Shown: positions 1 through 14,099, counted from the first letter of the stretch. The stretch: DNA of 64,000 nt from Somniosus microcephalus (GCA_052327205.1 CM126207.1:251162001-251226000), one strand, 5' to 3'. The notes: generated from the letters alone by a model not told the origin. Program-made: numbers and translations.

Positions 1-2880
1 CGTCTTACAATGCTCTCTCCAACATCCATGGTATACATGAGAGGTCCTTGCCGTGTACAGATCGTTCCTGGCTGCCATTTCTCTGTGTGGTAGTCCCAGG
101 CCAAAACTGGTTGACCTATCTTAAAACTCCTGGTCGGCCTTTCATTCATATTCTGAAACTGCCTGTTCTCCACATCTCTTTTGATGTTCGGCTTAACCAA
201 ATCCAAGCGGCATCGTAGTCTTCGATTGAAGAACATCATGGCAGGAGTTTGGTTGGTAACCGCATGTGTCGCATTCCGGTAGGCAAACAAGAAGTTGTCC
301 ACCTTGTGTTGTAGGGGTATATCTTCATTACACATTGCCTTGATAGCCTTCTTGAATGTTTGAACAAACCTCTCGGCCAATCCATTAGTGGCTGGATGAT
401 ATGGGGCGGATGTGTAATGCTTAACACCATTGTTCTTTAAGAACCTCCGAAACTCTTCAGACACAAACTGTGGTCCATTGTCAGAGCAAATCTGTTCAGG
501 CAGCCCATTCCTGGCGAATATGGTTCGTAAGATTGTGATCGTTTTTTCTGTGGTGGTTGAGGACATTTTTATTACCTCTGGCCACTTTGAATGTGCATCC
601 ACCGCAATTAAAAACATCGAGTCCATGAAGGGACCAGCAAAATCAATGTGCACCCTTTACCATGGAGATGAGGGCTACTCCCATGGATGTAGAGGGGCTT
701 GTGGTGGGGCGTTTTGGACCTTCTGGCATCCTGTACAGTTCTTGGTCATCTCTTCGATTTCTCTATCGATTCCCGGCCACCACACAAACGCTCTGGCTAA
801 GCTCTTCATTTTTACCCCTCCCAGATGACCCTCATGAAGCTCATTGAGCACTCTATCCTTCAATTTGGGTGGAAGTACTACTCTGGATCCACACATCAAT
901 GTTCCTCTGCACACTGACAGCTGTTCTCTTCTTGGCGAGAATGCTGGCAGCAGTGGTTCGCCATGTGCTGGCCATCCCTTCACCGTTAAATCATAGACCC
1001 AGGATAGTGTCGGGTCATTTCGTGTTTCCTTTTCTATGTTTGCATTCATCACAGGGAGACATTTGACTATGGTCGAGTGGAATATCTCCACTGGATCCAC
1101 TGCAAGTTCTTCTTCCACCGTCGGCAACGGTAGGCGCGACAATCCATCAGCATTCCCATGCTGTTTAGTTCCTTTGTACTCGATGTCATATTGGTGTGCC
1201 CCTAGGAAAAGGGACCACCTCTGTAGCCGTTGTGCTGTCATTATCGGTACGCCCTTCTGAGGGTTGAAAATGGAGACAAGAGGTTGATGGTCAGTTAGTA
1301 GAGTAGATTTTTGACCGTGCAGGTAGTGATTGAACTTCTTCACCCCCCACACCAGGCTGAGGGCCTCTCTGTCAATCTGGGCGTAGTTACGCTCGGCTGA
1401 AGTTAACGAGCGTGACGCAAAAGCTATCGGCCTCTCTAACCCATCAAGGAATTTATGTGACAGTACCGCCCCAATGCCGTAGGGAGACGCATCACACGCC
1501 AGTCTTATCGGTAGTGATGGGTTGTAGTGAGCCAATACTTCTCTTGAAGTGATTAAGTCCTTACTCTTCTGAAAGGCCCGCTTACATTCATTGCTCCATT
1601 TCCATGCTACTCCCGTTCGTAGTAGGGCGTTCAGTGGGTGCAGAATTGTGGACAAATTCGGTAAAAACTTATGGTAGTAATTCACCAATCCGAGGAATGA
1701 CCTCAGTTGCGACACATTTTCAGGCGCTGGGGCCTTAACTACTGCTTCATTTTTGTCAGGGGACTTATGTAACCCCTCTTCATCAATCACGTGGCCACAA
1801 TACGATATCTGTTTCTTAAAAAAACTCGCACTTGGGGCGATTGGCTCGTAGCCCATGTTCACGTAGTCTAGTGAGCACCTGTTCTAGGTTGTCAAGGTGT
1901 TCACTGTCATCTTCACCTGTCACTAGGATGTCGTCCAAGTAACACTGAGTCCCCGGAATCCCTTGCAGGACTTGTTCCATCGCTCTTTGCCATATCGCCG
2001 GAGCTGATGCTACTCCGAATACCAGTCGATGATACTGGTAAAGACCTTTGTGGGTGTTTATCGTGAGATACTTCCTAGAGGATTCTTCAACCTCCATCTG
2101 TAAATATGCTTGTGCTAGGTCAATTTTTGTAAAACGCTTCCCTCCAGATAGTGAGGCGAAGATATCTTCTATCCTTGGAAGAGGATATTGTACTGTGTGA
2201 AGGACTGGGTTCACCGTCACCTTGAAGTCCCCACAGATGCGAACCTTCCTTGGCTCCTCAGACTTATTGTTTAACGTTTTCTTCATGACTGGAACGATGG
2301 GTGTCGCCCACTCGCTCCAGTCTACCTTAGATAACATGCCTGCATTCTCCAGATTCTCCAGCTCTGCCTCGACGGCTGGGCGAATTGCATATGGTACCGG
2401 TCTTGCTTTGAAAAACTTGGGAATTGCATTCTCTTCTATTTTTATCGAGGCGGTTACGCCTTTAAGAGTGCCCAGTTCTTGTTGAAATACCTCTTTGGCG
2501 TTAGCTAAGATTGTTGACAATCGTCCAGGAGTGATGTCGTCATCCTTTTTACCAGCCACCGTCATTGCCTGAATGGAGTGCCAGTCTAAGCTTATCTTTC
2601 TGATCCATTCACGTCCCAATAACGGTGGTCCACCATCTTGCAGTATGTAGAGATACAATTTCCATACTTTCTTGCCGTTGTATTCGACAGGCACCCTTAT
2701 TTTTCCTCTGGGGTATACTTTTTGCCCCGTATACGTCCTCAAGACGATGGATGTCTCTCTCAAGGGTATGTGTGAGAATAGCCGCTCGTAGTCTCGTCGA
2801 TTCATGACGGTTAGAGCCGATCCTGTATCCAATTCCAGTTTGACTTGGGACCCTGCTATCGTGAGGGTGACCCAAATGGT
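1..2880 (-). pseudogene. Gypsy pol (protease, RT, RNase H, integrase), disrupted
   Basis: Motifs DTGS (protease), YLDD (RT), CDAS..GIGAVL and TDHQPL (RNase H), H..H..C..C and SDNGPQF..PATNGLAERFV (integrase). Frameshift in a homopolymer at ~1818-1824 (CEFF/KKQISY); stop at ~675 and a frameshift near 660. Confidence 0.92.
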
Positions 2881-3057
2881 TCAGTGATCCTCTTTTGCGA
2901 TTACATTGTGAAGTTTGAGACAGCTTAGTCTCTTGTTCCCGGATTCACTATCGCTCATCTGGTCTTCGAAACTACTGTCCGTCATCTTTTGTACTTTCCT
3001 GTACGGTTCCTTAGTAGCCTTTTTGTTGTCATTGGTCTTCTTCCCAGACCTGCAAAC

Positions 3058-3723
3058 TCATGCAATGTGTCCCATCTTTCCGCATTGCCTGCATATTTTG
3101 TCCTTGGACCAGCAGTCCTTCTGGTCATGGGTTGTTCTGCCGCAGCGATAACATTTTGCAAATCCCCGTGTCATTTCGTGGGTGCCGTATTCCTGTGGCT
3201 TTTGTTGTATTTCCACAGCTCCCCTGGCTGCTGCTTCGTACGATACTGCCACGCTGAAAGCCTTCTCTAGCGTCAGCTCTTTCTCTGAGAGTAACTTCTT
3301 CTGGGTTCCTTCACTCAGGAGTCCACAGACAAATTTGTCCCGTAGGGTATCTGCCAGTCCTGCTCCAAACTGGCAGTGCTTTGATAGCTTGCGTAGTTCC
3401 GTAAGGTAATCAGCATTGCTCTCATCTTTATGCTGAGTTCTCCTGTGGAATTTAAATCTTTCTGCTATCAGCAGCGGTGCAGGGTTTAGGTGTTCCTGTA
3501 GGATAGCAACAATTTCGTTAAAACTCTTCGCCTTCGGTTTGGCTGGAGTAATCAGGTCCCGCAATAGGCCGTACATTCTTGCGCCCATTAAGTTTAGCAG
3601 TACCGATGCCTTTTTCTCATCGGCTATTTCGTTTGCCTCGCAATATACCTCGACTCTTTTCACATACATGGTCCAGTCTTCTATTGCATTATCAAAGGCA
3701 GTGATATAGCCAGTCTTCGGCAT
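3058..3723 (-). pseudogene. Gypsy gag with two CCHC zinc knuckles; premature TGA inside the second knuckle
   Basis: 221-aa ORF with LRDKFVCGL, CYRCGRTTHDQKDC and CRQCGKMGHIA*VC; the TGA is likely CGA decay. Confidence 0.9.
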
Positions 3724-3737
3724 CTTGGAAATCTAAA

Positions 3738-3814
3738 ATGGCGCCTCCCGCGCTTTGCCTTCTTCCCCGCTGGATTAAGATGGCACCTCCCGCGCTTTGC
3801 CTTCTTCCCCGCTG
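3738..3814. repeat. Tandem duplication, 42-bp period, in the Gypsy leader
   Basis: atggc(g/a)cctcccgcgctttgccttcttccccgctg at 3738 and 3780. Confidence 0.9.
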
Positions 3815-4318
3815 TTGCTAGCGCTGCTTCCCACAGTTTCTGTTGTAAACTGCAGCTCCTCGCGGCTTTCTGCACGTTTAATTTTTTTTTTTAAATTATT
3901 TTCCCGTCGTCTGAACAACCCTGCGGGACTCTTGCCTCCCTCTTCTCGGGTCTGTATGCTGCCCGGCTTCGTAGCACCGGCCGCGCCCTGTGTGCTCCAC
4001 CCTCTCTCTCTCTCCTCTTCCCGACAACGCTGCTCGGCCCCATTGCAAGCCACCCGCTCGAGTTCTAGACCGCCGCAGCCCAGGAAGGATCAGTGTACTA
4101 CCTGCCACCAGCCCGATTAGCTGAAGCACCGTCGACAGGAACCAAGCCCCACTCTCGACAGCCTCTCCTGCAAATCTTCAACTCCGCTGACTCAGAGGCG
4201 GATGCCCACGGTCGATGCCCGTTTCTACTGTTTCTTCTTTCTAGCCTCGACCTCTGCTCACTTTGCTTCAGGGATGGATCCCATGAGGTGGTGCAGACTG
4301 TAGGTAAGTTCGTATCTG

Positions 4319-4328
4319 CTCGTCGCCA
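4319..4328 (-). promoter_or_regulatory. Primer-binding site TGGCGACGAG, complementary to the 3' end of tRNA-Ser(GCU)
   Basis: Plus strand ctcgtcgcca lies 1 nt inside the LTR; vertebrate tRNA-Ser(GCU) ends ...CCTCGTCGCCA (recalled). Confidence 0.8.
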
Positions 4329-4329
4329 A

Positions 4330-4510
4330 TATTATGTCCGTGTATAATTGAGACACGGACGGCAGGAGTTGATTATAACAAGTCTTTACTTAAATAAGAC
4401 AACCTAGAAACTGAAACTACAGAAGGCTGCTAGTGCCTTTTATACAGGGGTGGTCACTGCCGGTACTACAGTCTGAGACCAGTTATTCCCTTAAAAGTAC
4501 ATACACAACA
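4330..4510 (-). repeat. 5' LTR of the Gypsy element (~181 bp)
   Basis: Minus strand starts TGTTGTGT and ends ACATAATA (imperfect terminal IR); TATAAAA on minus at ~4438-4444; adjacent to the PBS. Confidence 0.78.
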
Positions 4511-4575
4511 TTCCGGCGTGAACAAGATGGGCCGAATGGCCTCCTTCTGTGCTGTAAATTTCTATGATTCTATGA
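4511..4575 (+). mobile_element. CR1 LINE 3' tail, the apparent insertion target of the Gypsy element
   Basis: atgggccgaatggcctccttctgtgctgtaaatttctatgattctatga matches the CR1 tails at ~16670-16750 and ~37415-37462. Confidence 0.75.
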
Positions 4576-6471
4576 AAAATTTTCCCCAGTGTGCTTCAGA
4601 ATCTTTATGGGAGTGAGTTAGCTTCCTGTGCCTTTCCTCAACTGAAATGTTGGGGATAGGAAGCCTGTCCTATTTTATAAGATAAGAATACCCAGCTAAC
4701 AAATGAAAATGATGGGACAAATAACATATCTAAGCACGTCCTCTGCTGATTTTGCAGCTCTGCTGTGAAGAGACAGGAACTACCTCTCATGTTGATGAAC
4801 CAACACCAGGAAATAGGAGCTTCACTTACTGTTGAGAAAATTCACATAAATCAGCTGACAGGAAATGACTTCAGAACTAATGATGTCATTGTGGTATTGC
4901 TTGTGCAATTTAATAGTGGAGGTGTTTAAAGAAATGCAAAATAAGAGTTTAGTGTGGGAGGGGGATGGAATATTGCTGCTTCTCAGTAGACACACTAATT
5001 TATTTTCCATTACCGATGACTAGTCATGAGTAATATTATTTTGAGTTTACATATTTATTAAAGAGCCATATCCTGTTGCATTAACTGTGGGATTGTCTCA
5101 TCCGCTTTCACAAGTATCAGCATTTTTTTTAGTACTGTCTACAGTATGATGGTTATTGCTGGTTTACTCCGCCCTTGACACCAGAGAAAAGCTAATCGGA
5201 TTGTCTTTCACATTTTCAGGTTATGATCCGTGATATCTCCAAATCTGTCAGTTGGTGTATTCTTTTGTTAGGGAAAGCCCTGGTTCAAGGTGTGCCCTAT
5301 GCATATTCCTGTACTGTGTCCCCATGGAACAGCTAATTTGTTGATGCCTGCGTCCACAATCTAATAAATGGCCCAGTCACTTCAAAGATAAAAAAGAGTA
5401 TAGGGCGAGTTTGTCAACTCGGTCCACTGTAGATCACATTAATTCACGGACAGTCTAAACACAGCCAAAAGATCCAATGTTTCCAGGGACCTTGTCGTAA
5501 ACTCAGCATCAAGTGATCTCAAACGACTTTTTTAAAATATCTCTTGTGATTTGTCGTGGTGAGTGCTGAGTGTAGGAAAATGGGGGGTGGGGGGGGGGGG
5601 AGTTCCGTTTTTATACTTAGTATCAAGCCATCCCACAACAGAACGAGCATTTTGTTTCCCACTCACATCACTCTTGAGTGGGGAAGTGCAGAACTTGTAG
5701 ATGTATACTAAAACATATGCAAGAGACTGTGATCACTTGTCAGTGAAATCTTTAAAATGAGAAATGCGCTAATGGGAAGGTCACTCTTTTGTATCGTTCG
5801 AAATGTAACGACCTTACCGCAGGTTACCTGAAATTATTTTAAAGTTTAAAAAGATGGCACTGTACTGGCTGTATTTAATAATAAACTGACAATTTCTGAA
5901 AAACGTGGCAAAATATCACAGAACAATGATGCAAAATGTGCAGTATAACAGGACATTAGATGTAGGGTAAAACATCCCACATACAGCATCACTACCCTAA
6001 TTTTAACCCCAAACTGTGTGAATATTCCATTCCCCACACCAAGCATTCTTGAGTTCCTTCTGACTGGAAATGATGGCATTTGTCCATAGCAAAAGCGAAA
6101 CACAACAAAACTGTTAGACCTGCATTTGCAATGGGCTTGGCACATCTGAATCAATTGACCTGGCGTTTTCTCATGGTGGCAATTTCAGGTTGTTACCAGT
6201 AAATTGGCAGTAAAACAGCAGAAATGTCAATGCTGTATTTTCCACTTGCACTGGATCAGTAAATTGGCCAGCAGTAGATGCAGCTTCCTAATCAAATAGA
6301 AATTGCAATTCTAAAAATTTATTGCATGATTCAGTGATCTCTCAAGTCCAGATATGACCCATCCTAAGCTTCTGCAAACTGTGCTCTTGCATTGGTGCTA
6401 GGAGGAAGCACCTAGTTTCCTCTTGAATGTTTTTCTCCAGCATCATAAATTCACCGTGTGGGAAACTGCAA

Positions 6472-6920
6472 GCCTCAGCTCAGTGGTAGAACGCTAATCT
6501 CTGAGTCAGAAGGTTGTGGGTTCAGCCCCACTCCAGTGACATGAGCACATAATCTAGGCTGACGCTACTGTACAATGCTGAAGGAGTGCTACACCTTTGG
6601 AGGTGCTGCCTTTCAGATGAGTTGTTACACTGAGGCTCTATTTGCCCTCTCAGGTGGATGCAAAAGATAGCATGGCACCTTTTGAATAAGAGCAGGAGAG
6701 TTCTCCTGGAATTTTGGATAGCATTTATCCTTTAACCAACACTACTAAACAAAAAACAGATTACCTCATCATTTATGTGCTGTTTGCAGGACCTTGCTGA
6801 GTGCAAATTACCCGCAGTATCTACTGACATAACAACAGTGACTACACTTCAAAAGTACTTCATTGGCTGTGAAGTGCTTTGGGCATCTTGAGGACATGAA
6901 AGTTGCTATTTAAATGCAAA
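6472..6920 (+). mobile_element. tRNA-headed DeuSINE (SacSINE1-like) with L2-type tail
   Basis: A/B-box-like head (gctcagtggtag...ggttcagccc), Deu-like core (ggaggtgctgcctttcagatgag...ccctctcaggtggatgcaaaagat) and tail ...gttgctatttaaatgcaa. Confidence 0.75.
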
Positions 6921-7106
6921 TGAAAATGAAAAAGTGTTAAAATGAAGAAAAAATCACAATTTGAAATTGTTATCAGGGAATCACAGAATGTTACAGCAAC
7001 AAAACAAGCCATTCCTCCCATCTGTGGGTGTCTTTTCACTGTATGAATCACCTACTTTAAAAAAAAATTGACATTGGGATATGGAATATCAGTGCTTGGG
7101 ATTGGA

Positions 7107-7173
7107 CCTCTTCCCAGTTCAGGCACCCAGTTTCAAGCAGCCTCTTCCCAGTTCAGGCACCCAGTTTCAAGCA
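7107..7173. repeat. Perfect 33-bp direct repeat, 34-bp period
   Basis: cctcttcccagttcaggcacccagtttcaagca at 7107 and 7141. Confidence 0.95.
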
Positions 7174-7174
7174 C

Positions 7175-7480
7175 CCTTAGGTCAGGTATAGCAGAGTAAA
7201 ATTCCATCTAATCTGCTCCAACAACATACTGAAGACCTAACTTGAGAAGAGTAGCTTACTGCATCAGTGTGCCATTTTTCCTATCTCCCACACTCGCCAT
7301 CCTATGGCCTGTCTAAACCGATTATTGCGGAATTAGGCACAGCATTGAACTGTAGACCCAAACTCATTTCACATTGGATCTTTCTAGCCAACAAACTTCC
7401 ATCCCTTCAGTCTGGACTAGGTTTAAATTTACATCACAGATAGAAAAGACAATCTTTAATACACGGCACCACCGATTTCC
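7175..7480 (-). mobile_element. LF-SINE-like ancient SINE relic
   Basis: Reverse complement contains ATGTGAAATGAGTT (recalled LF-SINE block); similar to 17550-17715 and 41690-42150. Confidence 0.45.
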
Positions 7481-8819
7481 CGAGCCACTTGATGTAATCC
7501 TACTCTAATCCTCCACACCATTATATTCTAATCTCCCCAATTATGCATTTGTTCCTCCCACTTTAAATTCTCAAGCGGTCCACCCTTTCCTTGACTGAAA
7601 GAATACTTCAAGGTATTTGACATTGGTGCTCTTTAGCCAATTACTAAAGGTTACACAATGATACTCACGTTTTCATCCCTCAATGTCAGGAAGCCTAACA
7701 GCAGTCAACATTTGGAACTTACAAAATGGGGAAATTGCATTTGTATTGTAAGATCGACCCCTTGGCAAGATCCAGAAATGTGATTAGGGACTTTCCCTCA
7801 CCTGCATCTCTCAGTGGATAGAAGTGTTACTGCAGAAGGGGGAGAACGGGCTGAGGGTTGTGTGTAGGAATCTAATGTATTGATCCCGTGCCAATGAATT
7901 GTAGGAAGGTTCTTAAAATCCCATTTGATAAAACTGAAAATTACAGATGGCAGATGATTGTAAATCCAAGTGCCCCACAGCTCCCTCTTGTGGGGCATTT
8001 AGGCCTCCCATATCTGTTACCGTTCAATATGCAAAAGGTCGTGCTGTACACGCTCCTCCTTAACGTTGATTGTAATGGTTATGGCTATCGTTTTAGATTT
8101 AATTACTCTTGCCAAGCTGCACTGAAATGTTGGCATTCGTGTTAATTGCTCTTCAATGTGATATATTCTTGTGATTTCAAAAAATGGTGAAAATCGTTTT
8201 GATCTCCACAGTGCAACACCTTAAAATGGTGGATTTCCTTTGCTTTGTGCTATAACCCGTTCTGTAAACTGGCTCTCACAATAATTAGATATGCACGCCT
8301 CCGGTATCCGGTAGCAATGCAAACAGCGTCTGTTGCTGCGATCGAAACATCACTCTTTAATTAAAGAAACAATGCAGATGTCGCTATATAAAACGTAAAA
8401 GGTTTACCAAAAAAATGGTGGGACTGTCTTTAAAAAATACATATAGACTGTGTGTGTACACCATGTGTCTTGGACGTAATCGCCAGTGAGTAGTTTGCCC
8501 TACATTTTTACCACCCGCAGCCCCAGTCATTGGTGCTGTAGATTGTCACACAACCTAGAAGGTTTAAAATGGTGGGGGGTTTCTATGTGTCTGTCTGTCC
8601 TATCCTGCCTCAAAAAGTACACACACTTCACAAGGATCGCCCTTCGCACAGACCATGGATGAGGCTCTGCTGCCTTATCCCGCTGATACACACATGAACT
8701 AAAACGAGCTCGTTGCTTCTGCTTTGATGAAACTGCCTGCAACCAAAAAATGTGTCAAATAGATTCTTAAAATGGTGGTATTTCTCGCCTCTGTTGCTAT
8801 ACCTTTAAAACCACGCAGT

Positions 8820-9617
<798 letters not shown>

Positions 9618-10358
9618 TGAATCTGTTGGTGCCTTGTCATTCACATTCCGATTTAAATAAATAATCAGTACGGGTTATTTGGTTAAAAATCAATACTGTA
9701 CAAGCATTGTGCCTAGTTCAGGAAATAGAAGGGAAGTGTGTTAATAATGACACAATGTAAAACAGAACGAATCTCCTTTCGTTGTCCATGACCTTGTTTC
9801 ATTCACATCTTTTAATCTCGATTATTGTGGCCAAGTTTTAAAACGAATCTTTTAGCTATTTTCCTCTTTCAGTGAGTTTCAAAATGTAAAAAAAAATGTT
9901 TCTAACAGTGTAACATTAGGATAAAACGAATAAGCTTCCTAGATTCGAGACAATCACCGGCAGAGGCAAAGCAAGGCGGTTACAGTGCAGTGTAGAGCCT
10001 GTCAGTCTTGTACAGGATTGATCCTGAAAATGCCCCCGATTGCACGTGATTGAAATCTGCCCCCACCACCCCCCCACCCACCCCCACCCCCCAAAAAAAC
10101 ACCAAGAGAAGGCAACTAGATTGAGCTGATCATTCAGAACTGAGCGTGAACATAGGGGCTGTAGGCGGCTATGGCACAATGCAATATGGGCTGGCAAACA
10201 GAAATCAATTGTTACAGCATCGAATTAAATGTTACTTCTCATTGGCACCCGGCTGTGATTTCTTGGTGCCGGTGTGTGAGCCACTCCAAAAGAGTCACCT
10301 AACATTTAGCAACCAAGAGGCAGAGGCAGCAATGTGTGTTGTTGGTGATGGACAACGA

Positions 10359-12278
10359 ATTGCTAGGTTAGAGTGGAGAGCAGATTGCTGGGTTAGAGTG
10401 GAGAGCAGATTGCTAGGTTAGAGTGGAGAGCAGATTGCTGGGTTAGAGTGGAGAGCAGATTGCTAGGTTAGAGTGGAGAGTAGATTGCTAGGTTAGAGTG
10501 GAGAGCAGATTGCTGGGTTAGAGTGGAGAGCAGATTGCTGGGTTAGAGTGGAGAGCAGATTGCTGGGTTAGAGTGGAGAGCAGATTGCTGGGTTAGAGTG
10601 GAGAGCAGATTGCTAGGTTAGAGTGGAGAGCGGATTGCTGGGTTAGAGTGGAGAGCAGTGCTAGGTTAGAGTGGAGAGCGGATTGCTGGGTTAGAGTGGA
10701 GAGCGGATTGCTGGGTTAGAGTGGAGAGCAGATTGCTGGGTTAGAGTGGAGAGTAGATTGCTGGGTTAGAGTGGAGAGTAGATTGCTGGGTTAGAGTGGA
10801 GAGTAGATTGCTGGGTTAGAGTGGAGAGCAGATTGCTGGGTTAGAGTGGAGAGTAGATTGCTGGGTTAGAGTGGAGAGTAGATTGCTGGGTTAGAGTGGA
10901 GAGTAGATTGCTGGGTTAGAGTGGAGAGCAGATTGCTGGGTTAGAGTGGAGAGTAGATTGCTGGGTTAGAGTGGAGAGCAGATTGCTAGGTTAGCGTGGA
11001 GAGCAGATTGCTGGGTTAGAGTGGAGAGCAGATTGCTGGGTTAGAGTGGAGAGCAGATTGCTGGGTTAGAGTGGAGAGCAGATTGCTGGGTTAGAGTGGA
11101 GAGCAGATTGCTAGGTTAGAGCGGAGAGCAGATTGCTGGGTTAGAGCGGAGAGCGGATTGCTGGGTTAGAGTGGAGAGCAGATTGCTGGGTTCGAGTGGA
11201 GAGCAGATTGCTAGGTTAGAGTGGAGAGCAGATTGCTAGGTTAGAGTGGAGAGCAGATTGCTAGGTTAGATTGGAGAGCAGATTGCTGGGTAGAGTGGAG
11301 AGCAGATTGCTGGGTTAGAGTGGAGAGCAGATTGCTGGGTTAGAGTGGAGAGCAGATTGCTAGGTTAGAGTGGAGAGCAGATTGCTGGGTTAGAGTGGAG
11401 AGCGGATTGCTAGGTTAGAGTGGAGAGCGGATTGCTGGGTTAGAGTGGAGAGCAGATTGCTGGGTTAGAGTGGAGAGCAGATTGCTGGGTTAGAGTGGAG
11501 AGCAGATTGCTGGGTTAGAGTGGAGAGCAGATTGCTAGGTTAGAGTGGAGAGCAGATTGCTGGGTTAGAGTGGAGAGCGGATTGCTGGGTTAGAGTGGAG
11601 AGCGGATTGCTAGGTTAGAGTGGAGAGCAGTGCTGGGTTAGAGTGGAGAGCGGATTGCTGGGTTAGAGTGGAGAGCAGATTGCTGGGTTAGAGTGGAGAG
11701 CAGATTGCTAGGTTAGAGTGGAGAGCAGTGCTGGGTTAGAGTGGAGAGCGGATTGCTAGGTTAGAGTGGAGAGCAGTGCTGGGTTAGAGTGGAGAGCAGA
11801 TTGCTGGGTTAGAGTGGAGAGCGGATTGCTGGGTTAGAGTGGAGAGCGGATTGCTGGGTTAGAGGGGAGAGCAGATTGCTGGGTTAGAGTGGAGAGCGGA
11901 TTGCTGGGTTAGAGTGGAGAGCGGATTGCTGGGTTAGAGTGGAGAGCGGATTGCTGGGTTAGAGTGGAGAGCGGATTGCTGGGTTAGAGTGGAGAGCGGA
12001 TTGCTGGGTTAGAGTGGAGAGCGGATTGCTGGGTTAGAGTGGAGAGCGGATTGCTGGGTTTGAGTGGAGAGCGGATTGCTGGGTTAGAGTGGAGAGCGGA
12101 TTGCTGGGTTAGAGTGGAGAGCGGATTGCTGGGTTAGAGTGGAGAGCGGATTGCTGGGTTAGAGTGGAGAGCGGATTGCTGGGTTAGAGTGGAGAGCGGA
12201 TTGCTGGGTTAGAGTGGAGAGCGGATTGCTGGGTTAGAGTGGAGAGCGGATTGCTGGGTTAGAGTGGAGAGCAGTGCT
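10359..12278. repeat. 25-bp minisatellite, ~77 copies, consensus GATTGCTGGGTTAGAGTGGAGAGCA
   Basis: Tandem array visible directly, with point variants and occasional 23-24-bp units. Confidence 0.98.
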
Positions 12279-14099
12279 ATTTGCTAGGCAGGGGAGGATG
12301 TGTGCAGCTGGGTGAGGTATTTACTGGAGCCGGGTTTTTGGGTTGATGAAAAGCAGCTTTGGTGGGGTTTTTTTTTCGAAAAGACACATCCGGGATATCT
12401 AGTTCACCGAGACGATGTTGCATGTGGGGCGCATTTTTCGAGCGATCCTTGCAAAAGCCAACACTCCATTTTATTTAGCATACCGCCTGCTTCTGGCGCT
12501 TGGGTGCTGAAATGTATTGGGATTTTTATTTTAAATGCATCTTTTCTATTCGGACGCATTTTGATGGGGAAATCCAGCAGTTTAATGGACCACAAATTGA
12601 CTAATAGGCCGGTTTACTTGGAACATGCTGTGTGACTTACTGCCGCTCCTCATGATTTCAGCAGGCTGTTGAACACGCAATGCCATTGTCCGGTTGTGAA
12701 CGGGCGAAGCGTCTCATTTGCAACATATTTCGTTATTTCCCCGCCCCCCCCCCCAACCAGGTAGTAAGAACTGAAGGCACGGCGCCATAATTTATAATAC
12801 CAGCAGATCCTATACATTTACGGAAAAAAATTAAACCCAAAGAGACCTATAGCATTAAATTAAGTGACACTCTTTGTATAATTTCGGATTTCAGCCTATT
12901 TTTAATGGTCTCGCTCCTGCCATTTCAAGCGAACACACAGGACAGTTAAAGAGCAGAACTCTGCACAGCGGCCAGTGACAGTTACTGTGCGGTGTAAAGT
13001 TTTGTGTTCATTTCCGATGTGCCCAGGGTTCTATGACTGAAGTTGAAGATGGGGGGAGTGGGGGCATTCTCCTTTAAGATGCTTTCGGAAGCGAAGAGGG
13101 TGCAATGAATTAAGATGAAGCGCATCTCCGTCGTTGATATTACAACCAGGCGGTTGTTGCAGCTGCTTTTTCGTATTGATCCTATTCCAGCCGCAATTGT
13201 CGCAGCTTTCTCGACCTTCCCAGCTCTTCGGTGCCCGACAGTTGGACATGGTCATTAAAAGCGGCTGACCAGGCCGAGGGGGTGTGTGAAGGCTGCGGAG
13301 TAAAGCGGGGAGCCAGCGATTCCCGATAAACATACCTCCAGTTAATTTCGCTCACTCCGTTAACAACAGACCTACACGTTTCCCTTCAAGACATAAGATT
13401 GGATAACGCAGGGTAATTATTAGGAAACATTTCAATTTTAAGTCACCCTTTCATTTTTTTAAAAATTAAATGTTTAACATCAACTTAAACGGTGGCCCAT
13501 CACTTGGATGATATGTTATTGCAAATCATTGAAATTAATCCGCTAAGATTTCAAGATCCCAGGTTTACTGTTTAAAACCCCACTGATATTAGCTGGGCGG
13601 GGATGCAACCACGAACATGACCAAATATCGACCAATGCAGAGTGATCAAGTATTGTACCAGGTTTTTTTTAAATAAAAGCATGAAATGTATTGTCAAAAC
13701 TCTAAACGCCAGACTTTATTCCTGCTGCAGACTTTCATCAGTAGACTATTCTGAAATTAGGGATCAAAATCAATCATTACGTTGAAGTGCCACGGTATTT
13801 ATGTTCTTTGTTTTAAAAAGCAGGACAAATCTGACATCTCAAAAAGAACTGGTTGTGAATAGTGATCTTTCGCGGAATTGGCTGTCCAATTTGAAGCGTG
13901 CGCGGGTGTGTGTACTTGCTGTCACTGTCAAATGGATATTTTGACATGATTATTGCACGAATGGAAAGAAACAGCAGCAAAAATGCATCGGAGGATTAAT
14001 ACGACTCTCTCAGAACTTGGGGGAGGGGGGGGGGGAGAGAGGGTAGTGTGTGTGGATTTGAGGTGCCCCATTTATTGGTGGGTTCTCCACGCTGCCCTG

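Larger units (their letters stand above)
1..4510 (-). mobile_element. Ty3/Gypsy LTR retrotransposon (Mag-like), decayed; 3' end runs off the window start
   Basis: Domain order gag-PR-RT-RNaseH-INT on the minus strand, a PBS at 4319-4328 and a short LTR at 4330-4510. Confidence 0.93.

Noticed and set aside
6472-6545. tRNA gene (likewise 59515-59580)
   Set aside because: These are tRNA-derived SINE heads followed by SINE bodies; no complete cloverleaf is evident.
10359-12278. Tandem array as a CRISPR array or true interstitial telomere
   Set aside because: No unique spacers, eukaryotic context, and no (TTAGGG)n runs; only a 7-nt core per 25-mer.
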